Below, piece after piece: positions 48,748 to 61,500 of a DNA stretch of 64,000 bases. The first letter of the stretch is position 1. Every line of letters begins with the position of its first letter. The notes under the pieces were generated by a model. It was not told the DNA's origin and did not search any database. It was given only the letters and a program-made list of their open reading frames with translations. Source of the DNA: Anolis carolinensis (taxonomy: Eukaryota); assembly GCF_035594765.1 (NCBI RefSeq), contig NC_085846.1, forward strand, positions 93,297,190 to 93,361,189. The letters are read 5' to 3'. The translations under genes and the position numbers were made by a program.

Positions 48748-51700
48748 TCATATCCGTCTCCTTTGCTTTATAGCTGGCTCTGTTTGACTGTTCATGGGTA
48801 TCCCCTCAGATTGCTTTGGAGTCTGAACAGAAGTCACAACCTGGATTAGAGAGAAAAATCTAAGCTTAGTATGCTGAATACATGCATTTTGCAAGTTTTC
48901 TAGACCAATGAATTAATTGCACAGGAGAGAGTCTGGGGGTTCGACTAGATAGCCTTTCAGATCATTTTCATCTCTGTAATCTTAAGTATGTTTAGACAAT
49001 TTAGTGCTGTCTCTAAGGGAAGACATTTTTGTGTTAAAAATTACTCTGCGAGCCACAAAAAAGAATCTAAACAATGCAGTTTTCCCATGCACTACTCTCT
49101 CTTTACGTGTCACACTGCTACACTTGACTTGTTGCTATATAGAGTGAGAACATATATAGCCAGTATATGAAAGGCAACTTGTAGTGGCAGCTCTCTGAAA
49201 AATAGATTTGGCTTATTTATTACAAGCTATCAATTACTAATTTACAGGAAATTAACAAGTATTCATGTATTTCAAGTAGCATTTCTTTTGGGTCTAATAT
49301 TTTTGCCATGTTTCAACTTGTTTTAGCTCCCATTTAACTATCAGTCCTCAGATGATGAAAGGCTAAAAACTGCTTCATGAAATAACCCTTTATATCTGAG
49401 AGCAGATTTCCAAATCTATAACATTACATGCACTGCTTCAGTTACATGTGGAGTGCAGCCACATGATACTATTAGATGTCAACCATGCAGGTTTATTAAA
49501 GGGCAGGAGCAGCAAGATGCACTATTGGGCGTGCTGAAGTCACTGGAAAAATGCACAGATTTCATACTGCTGAATTTTAACTATGACGCAAATGACTTAT
49601 TGTATGAAATGGCTTAAAATGGAATTCACTTGACTTGGGATTGTTCTCAAGTAAATACGCATTACTAGGATGCAAATATTATAGCATAAATATAATTGCT
49701 ATTTGCAACCAGAGTAGACCAACCGAGACAATGGAACTAACATAAATGCCGATTACCAATGTGCCCACTGAATTAAAATGGATTGCTCTGATTTGGACTA
49801 ACAATTGAATTTAAGCCTCTGGTACGTACACTTGAGTCTGGATAAAAACAATCTGATGCTTCAGTTTCACAATCTGTATTATTCAGCAGAACAACTCCTG
49901 ATAACAAGTTTCATTCTAGAAATTACATCCCTAATTACTTTTAAATCAATCTGAATATTTTATTTACTAAATTTATATCCAATTTTTTTCCAAGATGGGA
50001 TTCAAGGAAAAGGCAACTGAAGGCAACAATACATTCAAAAAGTTGTCTTAAATTGTACAACATGAAAAATTCTCATTTCCTGAATGAAGATGAATGTTAA
50101 CACATCTTTAAAGTCAACATGGAAGGAATGTATCCCCTCCAAACAATTTCCATTTAATTTTACATACACACATTTTTTAAAAAACCCTGAGTTTATTATA
50201 ACATACCTCCTTTAGTCTATTTCGAATTAAGTTTGCTGAAGCGTTCAGTGAATCGTCTTCCAAGTCTATCTTAGGTGTTTCTGGTAACCGTGGGCCAATA
50301 ATGACTTCTTTGCTATCACTGACACTTCCAAGAAGGGCAAGTTTGTTGTCTTCATTTCGCCTCCTCCGTCGCTCTTGCAGCTGAGTTGTTCGAGGCATGA
50401 ACCGGTCAAGTCCATTATCATACGGAAGCTTCCTTTGCCGGTTGCAGCAGGCTGGTGTGTTGTGTATTTCCTGCTGCAGACTTTGAGTGATTGTTGAGCT
50501 CTGACTGAAGTACTTGGGTCCTTTGGCACAGTCAGCAACATGCGGAGGTTGTACTAACACACTGTTACACTGCTCTCCTGATGGAGCCGCGACACTTCTC
50601 AAAGACCATTCATAGCATGATCGATCATGAGGATCATGAACATGCGCATATGAATTCCAGTTACTAGTAGATGCCTCAGAAGTATAAGATCCAGAAATGT
50701 CTAGTTGAAGGCTCTTTTGAAAACCTGTAGTTGAAGCCTGTTTCCTCACCAGCAATTGCTCTTAAAAATAAGATAGCAGAAACTGACATTTAGATTGCCT
50801 ATTTTTCTACAAGTTACTTTTATGCATATAAGAGCATTACAGTGGAATAGGTTGACATTAAGATTTGCAGTTGTTTCTTAACCTGGTGTTCACCCTCTTC
50901 CTTATGAAAGATGGATAATATTAGCTATAATAATTATAGTAATTTTTAAAAGTGGAAATAGGTTGGGCTAAATTGATCTAGTATAAAAGAACTCAACATT
51001 TCAGAGGTGATTTAAAGCCAAAGATATATGTATTTTCTCAACCCAATTTAAGTAACACAAGCAAAGGAGTCTAATTGATGTTGATAGTCATCACTGCTTG
51101 AGACTGCTCTCTGCATTATATCCAAATACGAAGACGAATAAATATAATGACACTAAAGCTCAGAAGAATTTGTAGTTTATAATCTCTAAATGCAAATTTA
51201 CTATCTGCCCAGATGTTTTCCAAAGGAAAGAAACCTAAGGCAGCTCCAATCCATTTTGCCAAGCATCATGAAATATTCTGATTTTTTGTTGGGGATTTCC
51301 TTGCATTTACATAATGTAGAGATCAACATTTATCTCTATGATTATTATATTCGTAATGTACTAGACAGGGGCCTTTACTCAATTGATCAGTAGAATTCCA
51401 AAGAAAAAAACATTTCCGGAAATCATTTTGAAAAACACATTTGGAAGCATTAATATCACAGACAAGTCCTTTATCCTATTAAAAGAACTGCCAATCCCAG
51501 ACATTTCTTGGGAAGGCAATTCACTCCTGGGGGGGGGGGGGGGGGGGGAGAGAGAGCTAAACAAAAAAAGTAGATTCCAAGCAGTCCTGAGTAGGGCTTC
51601 TTAAACATCTTCCACTCGCAATTCTTTTCTACCCAAGAAATGTTTATGTGACCACAGGTATTTAGATATGTATATAAAGTAGGCATAATAAGTGAAAATG

Positions 51701-53947
51701 CTTCAGCTGTACGCCACAAAAAGGAAAATTAGCCAAATGCCATTTTTAGTCACTGTCAAAAATATCTTTCTTGTTTAAAAAAAGGTACTTCAACCTACAT
51801 CTATCAATCTTCCGACCCTTTTTTTCCTCCTATGTAAAACCAGCAGTTTATCACACTGCTGTAGATGTGGAAGAATACTGCACAGATTCAGATTTTACTA
51901 GAATATACAAACCAACAAAACTTCCAAAGAAATGTATAGTCACAAACCTTTTTTGCTAGTTGCCTTTGCTATATATTTCCTTCTGTCTTGTAGTTTCTCT
52001 CTAGTTTCTTGCACACTTTCAAATTCTGGAGCATAGCAGACATGCAGCAAACTGCCAAAGAAAGACCGTTCGTCCAATTTTCTTTTGGCTAACCTGAGAA
52101 AGAGGATGTTATAGTCAAAAATTACAGTTACTGATCATTTTTGTAATATGATTTAAAATAATGACATTACAGAAACAGCTTTGTTAGTTTCACACACATA
52201 TCGTGGTGTTTGATGAAACACTCAACATTAAACAACCAAGGATTCTATAAGTAAATGCTATCCTCCCCAAATTAGAAATACCTTGCACTTTGTATTTTTT
52301 TGAACTTGATGAGGTAAACTTCTGTAAATTCTTCAGCCGGATAGTCATCTAATGGATTATATTCTTCAATGGCACCATACAAAGCAAATTGCTCCACTAA
52401 TTCTTTCATGACGCCCAAGGCAGGGACTCCTTGTATTAAGAGATATCGAGATTCTAAATTGACAGTATATACCTGGAAAACATAGCCACTTTAATACTTA
52501 TTCTGTAATAATGACATCAATTTCAAATATCTGCTTCTTTGAAACTTAATTGTGAAATGTTATGTTGAATGTAATTGTTCGCAGGGACAGGAAATGTGAA
52601 GCAAGTCATAAAAATTTTGTGTTTTAGCTTGATAAGAATAGAAACTGGATGTTCAAATTATAAAGCACATTTTCTAGTACAACTAGTACAGCTAATATGG
52701 GAATATGTGACACTGAAACTGACTCAAACCCAACTTGTAAACACATAATATCTAACATAAAATTAGAAAATAATATTAAGGTACTGTAATAGGCTATAGT
52801 AAACATGACACAGAAGAAAACAAAAGCAAATCTTGCCAAGAAAACTCTGATACTGAATGGGCGTGCACTTTGCACGTTCTCAGGAGTCCCCTTCTGACTC
52901 AGGAGGGAGGCGCAGAAGGAACACATTGAGAGTCGAATCTCTTCTGAAGATAGCTTTATTTGCCAGCCAAGCAAATGGCAGTAGTTGTGCTCTAGACATG
53001 AAAAGACTGCCGCGCCCCAAGATGGGGCTGTGAACTTTTATTGATTTATATAAATCCAAAAAGCACATTTTGATTGGTGTTAACACATTGTCCATTTAAT
53101 TGGTCTATGCTTACCTAATACATTTTGATTGGCTCTCTATTACTAAGCAAGTAAACAGGTGCAAAACAGAAACTGGAATAAGCTGGAACTTCCTATCTTC
53201 ACCAGCTTATCTTATTGTTATAAGTGAAAGCAAGAATGCTGTGTGAAAGTATAGGGAAGGCTTTGCAGGTGTTTGGGACTTCAGCTCACAGAATCCCTGG
53301 CCATTGGACAAACTGTCTAGGCCTTCTGGGAGTTGGAGAGCCACAAATACAAACATTATTATCCTCCCTAGATAACAACTTAAGGCTTTGTCGCATTACA
53401 TTATTATTGCACTATGATTACACTTTAATTGCAATACTTAAATCCTGTGAATCCTTGGGCATTTCGCGTTCAGTAGTCTGCGTCTGAGATGCTCAATACT
53501 TTTCCCTGAACTGCACATTCCAAAGAATGGAGCCATGGCAGCTGCAATGGAATATGATGCGATATGATACCATGTCTAGCTGTGATACGGCCCACAGCTA
53601 GACACCAAAAACACAGATAGGTGATTCTTCAGCACTGAATCCTGTTGCTAAGGTGGAGACAGTTGACAGTATTCATATCCAGACCTTAGATAATGTCATG
53701 GATGAAAAGGATTATCACAAGCAGACACTAATTATTAAAGACAATTTCCAGATCATTGGTTTCCCAACTCTAGTCCTCCATGTGATCTGAATTTCAACTC
53801 CCAGTAGCCTCAGCTGCCTTGAGCAATGGTTGCTGTGAGTTTTCTGGGCTGTATGGCCATGTTCCAGAAGCATTCTCTCTAGATGTTTCGGCCACATCTA
53901 TGGCAGGCCTCCTCAGAGGTGTGAGGTCTGTTGGAAACTAGGGTTTA

Positions 53948-54003
<56 letters not shown>

Positions 54004-55122
54004 TTTTATCTGTGGAAAGGCCAGGGTGAGTGAAATAACGGTTTGAGACAAGTGTGGATGTTACAATGGATCACCTTGATTGGCATTTAATGGCCCTGCA
54101 GATTCAAGGCTGCTTCGTGCCTGAGGGAATCCTTTGTTGGAAGGTGTTGGCTGGCCCTGACTGTATCATGTTTGGAATCCCCCAGTTTTCAGAGTGCTGC
54201 TCTTTATTTACTGTCCTAATTTTAGAGTTTTTTAAATACTGGTAGCCAGATTTTGTCCATTTTCATTGTTTCCTCCTTTCTGTTGAAATTGTCCACGTGC
54301 TTGTGCATTTCAGTGGCTTCTCTGTGTAGTCTGACATGGTGGTTGTGAGAGTGGTCCAGCATTTCTGTGTTCTCAAATAATGTTGTGCCCAGGTTGGTTC
54401 ATCAAGTGCTCTGCTATGGCTGACTTCTTTGGTTGAATTAATCTCCAGGCTTTGAAGCTGAAAGGCCATTCAATGCTAATCAAGGTGGCCAATTGCAACA
54501 TTTAGTTGCCTCAAGCAGAGAAGAGTTCTTTCTCCCACCTTGGACATTCCACAGATATATAAATTCCACTTGCCTAGTTTCCAAGAGATCTCACAACCTC
54601 TGAGGATGCATGCCATAGATGTGGGCGAAATGTCAGGAGAGTATGCTTCTGGAACATGGTCACAACAAACCAGTGATTCCGGCCATGAAAGCCTTTGACA
54701 ATACAACGAGTAGGGATTCTGCGAGTTGAAATCCGAAAACCTGGGAAGGCCTGAGATTAATAAACACTAAATTTAGATATTAGGGGTGCAACCACACTGC
54801 AGAATTATAACTCTTTGACACCACTTTAACCCCATGGCCTAGTGCTACAGAATTTTGGGATTTGTAGTCTTGTGTGAGAGGTGCCAAGAAACTACAATCC
54901 CATGATTCCATAGCCTTGAGCCATGGCAACGAAAGCGGTGTCAAACAGCTGCAATGCTTCGGTGTGGCTCTGCACGGAGAACGAATGCCGTTTCACCTTC
55001 ACTGCGCGGGGACGGCGCCCCTCGCGATATTTGGCCCGCGAAGCGCAAATGCCCAGCTGCGCGTGGTGCTGCTGGGCGCCCCCGACCTCGCCGCCTCCAC
55101 TCCTCTCAGTCGCCGCCGCCAT
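48748..55122 (-). CDS. RBM48: RNA-binding motif protein 48 (minor spliceosome factor), 369 aa: complement(join(48748..48840,50207..50760,51948..52093,52282..52472,54997..55122))
   Basis: MAAATERSGG...RAKYREGRRPRAVK-VYTVNLESRYLLIQGVPALGVMKELVEQFALYGAIEEY (RRM)...LLHVCYAPEFESVQETREKLQDRRKYI...DRFMPRTTQLQERRRRR...KQRRRI*. GT-AG introns; 1110 nt in frame; minus-strand AATAAA at 48621-48626. Confidence 0.96.
52854..53250 (-). mobile_element. Partial LTR of the same family as 42100-42685
   Basis: Minus strand gcaaataaagctatcttcagaagagattc...ccttctgcgcc...cagaaggggact...gcccattca aligns to the 3' half of the 42100 LTR; 5' boundary uncertain. Confidence 0.7.
53827..54705 (-). mobile_element. Penelope-like element with endonuclease remnant and inverted pLTR (~54445-54705)
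   Basis: pLTR at both ends in opposite orientations; GIY-YIG remnant ~54240-54440; (TAT)n expansion inside. Confidence 0.85.
53948..54003. repeat. (TAT)n microsatellite
   Basis: ~18 TAT units. Confidence 0.95.
54785..54975. mobile_element. Degenerate palindromic MITE next to the RBM48 exon 1 donor (relatives at ~26200-26360, 53385-53590)
   Basis: tttgacaccacttt...ccatggc / gccatgg...aaagcggtgtcaaa inverted arms. Confidence 0.6.
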
Positions 55123-55555
55123 TTTCCCCTCCAGCCCACTCCTTCAGCTGCCTTCTTCCGCCCGTCGTCAACAACTAATCCAATGACCAGCTTTCATTAG
55201 TCCCGCCCTCGAGGAGAGGGGCATTGGAGGAAAGAACTCGAGGCAGCCAATCACAAGCGAGGAGCAGGAGGCAGGTCGTCGCTCGTTCCAAACATCCCTT
55301 GCCTTCTCAGTACTATCATGACAACCAATCCGGTGGGCCGCTTTTATTTGCTCCACCCCCGAAGCGGAGCAAAGCCAATGAAAGTCATCAGAGAACTGCC
55401 TTCCGGCCAATCACAAGCGACGGGCGGGAGGGAGTCCACTGGATGTCATTGGCCTGAGAGGAGAAGCCGGAAGAGGAGTTTGGCGGCCCACTAGTGTGAC
55501 ACTCAGCGGTGTGTGGAGCGGGGGCTCCGAGGGGCCGCCCGGCTTGGAGGCCGCC
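55123..55555. promoter_or_regulatory. Bidirectional CpG-island promoter shared by RBM48 (-) and PEX1 (+)
   Basis: 433 bp between divergent ATGs; CpG-rich; CCAAT/ATTGG at 55180, 55223, 55247, 55325, 55375, 55407, 55448; GC boxes at 55202 and 55422; ETS CCGGAAG near 55400 and 55467; YY1-type GCCGCCATTTT over the RBM48 ATG. Confidence 0.88.
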
Positions 55556-58500
55556 ATGTGGGGAGCGGGCGGGCCTGGGGTCGCCGCCGCCAGCGCCTCC
55601 TTGAGCGGCGCCCGGGACTGCTTCCTGCACCTGCCGCCTGGCTTGGCTTCCAGCCTCCGTCTGCAGCAGGTACAGGAGGGCGGGGGCGGGGCGGCTGCAT
55701 CCGGGACTTCGCCTTCCATGTCCCTGAGGTGACATCCGGGCGCCCGTTTTGGGCTGACTCCTTCATAGCATCGCGTTGCCTTGGCAACAGGAAGGGCCTC
55801 TTCGTAGTGACCTTTCGTTTCCCACTTAGAGCAACTCTTTAAGGCAGACCTGGGCAAACTTTGGCCCTGTGTGTGTTTTGGACTTCAACTCCCACAATTC
55901 CTAACAGCCTCAGGCCCTTTTCTTTTCTCCCTAAGTTTAAGCGGTTGAGGGGGAAAAGGAAAGGGATTGAGGCTGTTAGGAATTGTGGGAGTTGAAGTCC
56001 AAAACACCCAGAGGGCCAATGTTTGCCCTTACTTCCTTAGGTGATCCGTTGTTGTCCGACTACGATGGCCTTCCAAGTGTAGTGTTTCGCTGGTGGGTAT
56101 GTAGGTGACTGTGGATCCCAATTCTTGACCTTCATGTTCTACCACAGTGAGGACATGGGTTTCCAAGTAAAAGGTCCCCGGTCAGGGTTGGCTTGATGCG
56201 CCTTCCACATGACACATTTCTCCATTTCGCCTTCCATTTGTGCCTCTTCGAACTCCACAGCACTGCTGGTCATAGCTGACCTCCATCCAGCTAGCGCACT
56301 CAAGGGCTTCCCATTTCTCAGTGTCTATGTCACAGTTTTTAAGGTTAGCTTTAAGCCCATTTTAAAATCTCTTTTCCAGTCCACTAACATTTTCCATTCT
56401 TGAGTTGGGAGTATAGTAACTGCTTTGGGAGACGGTGATCGAGCATTCGGACAACGTGGCCAGTCCAGCAGAGTTGATAGCGTAGGATCATTGCTTCAGT
56501 GCTAGTGGTCTTTGCTTCTTCCAGCACACTGACATTTGTCTGCCTGTCTTCCCAAGAGATTTGCAGGATTTTTCGGAGGCAACGCTGATGGAATTGTTCC
56601 AGGAGTTGAGTGTGATGTCTGTAGACGATCCACGTTTTGCAGGTGTATAACAGGGTTGGGAGGGCAATAGCTTTATAAACAAGCACCTCGGTATCCCTAC
56701 GGATGCCCTGAGCCTCAAACACTCTTGGAAAAATGCTGCACTCTCAGAGCTCAGGCAGTGTTGTATTTCAGTGTCAGTGTTGACTTTTGTGGAGAGGTGG
56801 TTACCAAGGTAGTGAACATGGTTGATATTTTCTAATATTATTTGCACCTGTAAAGCCACTGTCGGCCACCTCAGCCACAAAGGAACAGAACCTCTCAACC
56901 CAATATGGCATATTTCTTTACCAGTGTTCCCTTTTAACTAGTTAAAATCTTCTGTTTCAGTTTTTATTGCATACCAGTACTGGCTGTGCTATACTGAGCA
57001 ATGCAGTTCTGTAACATTTCCGAAAACAGGCCACACTAGTTCTATAATATTGTTATTGATTCAGTATCAAGTCTTAGTTCAAAACAAAGGACCATTAGGG
57101 TTGTTGTATGTTTTCCGGTCTGTATGGCCATGTTCCAGAAGTATTCTCTCCTGATGTTTCGCCCACATCTATGGCAGGCATCCTCAGAGGTTGTGAGGTA
57201 TGGAGAAACTAAACAAGGAAGGTTAATATATATCTATGGAAAGTCCAGGGTGTGAGAAGAACTCTTTGTCAGTTGGAAATCCAGTGTGAATGTTGCAGTT
57301 AATCACCTTAATTAGCATTAGAAAGGTTCATCTCCTGGCTATTTCTGCCTGGGGGCATCCTTCGTTCAGAGTCATTAGCTGCCCTTGGAACTCTTCTGTT
57401 TTCAGAGTGTTGCTTCCTATTTACTGTTCTGATTTTTGAGTTTTTTAATACTGGTAGCCAGATTTTGTTCATTTTCATGATTTCCTCTTTTCTGTTGAAG
57501 TTGGCCACATGCTTGTGAATTTCAATGGCTTCTCTGTGTAGTCTGACATGATAGTTGTTGGAGTGGTCACGCATTTCTGTGTTCTCAAATAATATACTGT
57601 GTCCAGGTTGGTTCATCAAGTGCTCTGCTATGGCTAATTTCTCTGGTTGAGTTAGTCTGCAGTGCCTTTCATGTTCTTTTCTCAAGTCATGAACAAGGTA
57701 GCATTTTTAAGTGTAACTCCAGTCAAATGTGCACAAACATACATACATATATAGAGAGGGGGGGGGGGAGAGATCTAGTGCTTTGGATAGATTAGGAAGG
57801 ATCTGAGACAGACACATATTCATTTGTATGCATAAATTTGCTTCCGCTGGTGAAAGGGATAGGCAATCTCATTGATAGAATCTGTAAGGAAAAGGTTCAG
57901 AGAAAACAAGAAAGCAGAAACTCTTCTGGAACATTAACATGTTCTGGGAAATGTAAATACTCAATAGATAATCATTCATAGACTCAATAAGTTACATCTG
58001 TACTGTGTCTCTAGTCACACATTGATGGCCAGACAAAGAATAGTGAGTGATGCATGCTGTTAATCTCCCTCTCTTTCTCTCATTTTAAATGGAATTAACA
58101 GGATCAAGCTGTGAAAACTTCCTGGGACAATCAGACTGTGTTCCTGGGCTGGACAGAAATCAGACGTTGTCAGTGTAGTGGCAACATTGTTGAAATAAAC
58201 AGACAACTAGCAGAGAAACTGGGCATCAAAGATGGGCAACAGGTTTGAAATTCAGAATATAATTTTTTGAAAGTTTGAATACTATCAATCGCTTTATCTA
58301 AGATCAGTTGACATGGCCTTGATTCAGGAAATCTAAAGAACAGTGTAAAGAATTAAGACAAAATGGAAATGGAAGAAATGAATAAATGACTTTGAAAATT
58401 GATCTGTATGTTCATTTGTTCTTTTTATTTATATGTAAGTCTTTCTCCTTTTGTATCCATTAAATATTCAGGTTCCAAACTGGAGATCCTTCTGTACAAT

Positions 58501-61500
58501 ATTAACATGTGCAGATGTAGCTGTTTACAAGAATTTCAATGGCAAACAGTGCTTGTTGCTAGCTTTGACATTTGTGATCATATATAATGGGGACAGTAAT
58601 AAAAGAGAAATGTCAATTTCATCATTGAAGATCAGAACTGAAAGCATTTAGAAGAAAGTTATTTATACAGAACTGAAAAGTCTCCCATTCCCTTGCCCCA
58701 ATCCAGAAAGAAATAAGAAATTTTGAGATCTGTTTCCATGAATGAATTATCCCTGATCTTTATCAGAGTAATTTCTCCATAATTCAGGAGTATATGAGCA
58801 AGAAAAAGAGTACATATCCCAAGGGTTCTAGCCATTTATTCTTCTTCAGTGTTCTGAGGTGAATTACCAATTGATTTTCAAACCAAAGAAGACTTGTACA
58901 TTTTCCAGATTGGGGGGAGAGGCAGAATGAACACTGTGAGAAAATAAATAAGCCACAATTGATGATGCCAGCCAGAGATGGCCCTAGGTAATTTTCAAAT
59001 GTAAGCAAACAGTATTTTGGCACACACACCCCCAAACCACACTGAAAAATAAAAGATGGAAGGTAGAGGTGAATAGAATAGATAAAAGAGTTAGCTTGCA
59101 AACTATGAATGCACCTCCAGCAAAGAATGGATGTAGAATGGCCAAAGCAGTACCTAGCAGCAGCAGCTACAGCAGCAGCAACGTGTTTGGAGGAGCCCTC
59201 TCGACCATAGAGGGCGCACTTCTGGCGTGATTGACACCTGGGTGGGCCAAAGGAAAGCCTGGCGAGAGTGTGGCTGATGTCATGTCACTGGCCCCTCCCC
59301 CACTTCTCAGGGAAGGGAAGGGAGCGGAGCTGCCTCCTTCCCTTCCCAGCTGAGCAGTCTGAGCCCAGTGGCGACGGCCAAGCTTTGGCGCTGAACTGGA
59401 ATGTAGGGGAATGCGCAGCTGGCCCAGGCAGGGACAGCCATCCCGGTTCAGCATCGAGGCCTGGCGATTGCCGCTGGGCTCAGAGTGCCGCTCCAGGCCC
59501 TGGCGCCTCAACGGCGCCCCTAGGAGATTTTGCGCCACCTACAATTGCTTACCTGGCTTATAGCTTCAGCCGCCCCTGGTGCCAGCACAGGTCTAGCATG
59601 ACAATACTCATGGTTTATTCCTATTGCCAGCATGTTTGTGTTTCCTTGAAAGGTCTTACCTATGCAAAGTGATACTGTTGTCAGAACTTTGTTATTTCTG
59701 CACAGATTGACAGTATTTTTTTCAATAAAATATTTGTTCTGCTAGGTATTCCTCCAGCCTTGCTCCCAAGTTTTGTCCTGTCAGCAAGTAGAAGTGGAAC
59801 CGCTCTCCGCAGATTATTGGGAAATATTGGTAATAAAATTATTTCAATTTTTTAAAAAAACATTCAGGTGCTTTTCATTTTCATCCCTCACTTCCCAACC
59901 TAATATTTACTGTGTACCAGAGTTTCCTATTGTTCAAATCCAACTTTGTGTGCAAACAGGTGAGGTTTAATATTAAATATTTCCTAATTTTCCCTTAAAT
60001 TATTGTAGGAGCTGCATGCTTCCTCTCTTGAAAGCCATCTTCTTGACCAAATTCGAATAGTGTTTCCTAAGGCTATCTTTCCAGTGTGGGTTGAACAGCA
60101 CACTTGTATATATATCCAGATTGGTAAGTCTTTGTTCTCACCTTTCTATAGCATGGAAAGAATAATCATAGTTATCATGTATATTAATGTTTTCTTCTTT
60201 TAATTTCAGTTGCACTAAAACCAGCTGCTCTTTATGGGAGACTTGAAGCTCGGACAGAGCTTTTTGTTCGTCCTAAACCGCGTGATCAGGGAGAACACTC
60301 CAACATGGGTCCTGACAAAAATGACGTTTTACAGGACAGTGTTCCTAAAACCACATTAGATCCAAGAGGAGCTACCAAAGAACTGGCTGCCAAAGAAACT
60401 AATTTAAATATGGGCATTCATGAGCATAACCTAGAGAAAAAAGCATCACTGGGGACAAATGCCCTGCCAAATATATGGAATTTTATTGGGAGTATTTTCT
60501 CTTATTCCTCAGACAAGAAACAGGACACTTCCTGTGGCACTGGTGAACTGAATTCTGTCAAAGACAGCCTGTTGAACTTGATTCATATGGATTCTGTATT
60601 CAGAGTATGCCACATTCAGCCCCCCAGTGTACAAACTGCATTGGCAGCATCTACATTTCAGAAATGTAACACGATTCATGTTTTTCCATGGCACCTAGAA
60701 TTCCCTTTTTTAGACAACAATATTAAAGTGTCTTATGGGAAGATGAGTAAATTGCTTTCTCCAACACAACAGCATCAAGAATCAAAGCAGAATCTAATAT
60801 TGAAGAAAGAAAAGCAGATGATCAATGCAGAAGATCAAAAGCAGCCCAGCATCAGTAAAAGTGAAGAATCCAATGAAATTGCTGTTGTACAAATAATATG
60901 GAGTGGATTTGAGGACCTAAAGAGTGCCATAATGTGCAGTAACAACGTGGAGCAATTACATATCGGAAGAGTTTGGGTTAGTCCCGTTTTAGAAATCTGC
61001 AAAAGTTTTCCATCAGGTTTAAATGTGGAAAAATTTGCTTTCTGATTAACATTACAATTTTAAATGCCTTCCCAGAGATCTAAGATTTATGGCTGGATTC
61101 ACCAGTCCAGTGCCCCCAAGCAGCCCTCTACTCCTCACAACCCATCCTTTGGAAATAGAAAGGGACCAACACCAGCCATGAAAAATAGACACAGCTGAGA
61201 GAGGGCCTGAGAAAATTCATTTATTCACTGTACTTTGTTGTGAATGTGTAGTTAAACTACTCTGTAAACATAATTTGACAAATATACTTTTGATTAATTG
61301 AAGGATTGTATTCTCCCACCCACCTCCGGGCAAATGTTGATACTTCAAACATTGTCGGACTCTTTAAATGTATAGAATTAAATTATTCTTCAAATGCGGT
61401 ACTGGAAGAAATATCTCAGTGGAATTTATAGAATGCTTTTAAGTATGTGCTCTTTCACAAATTTTGTTTTTGTATTCCAGATACCTGAACAGTTGAGAAA

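Noticed and set aside
51529-51548. 20-G run (also G/C runs near 13105, 28249, 57758) as a functional G-quadruplex
   Set aside because: Simple intronic homopolymers with no supporting context.
55496-55555. In-frame GTG-initiated N-terminal extension of PEX1
   Set aside because: The ATG at 55556 has GCCGCC context and matches the known MWG start. Open frames are expected in CpG islands.
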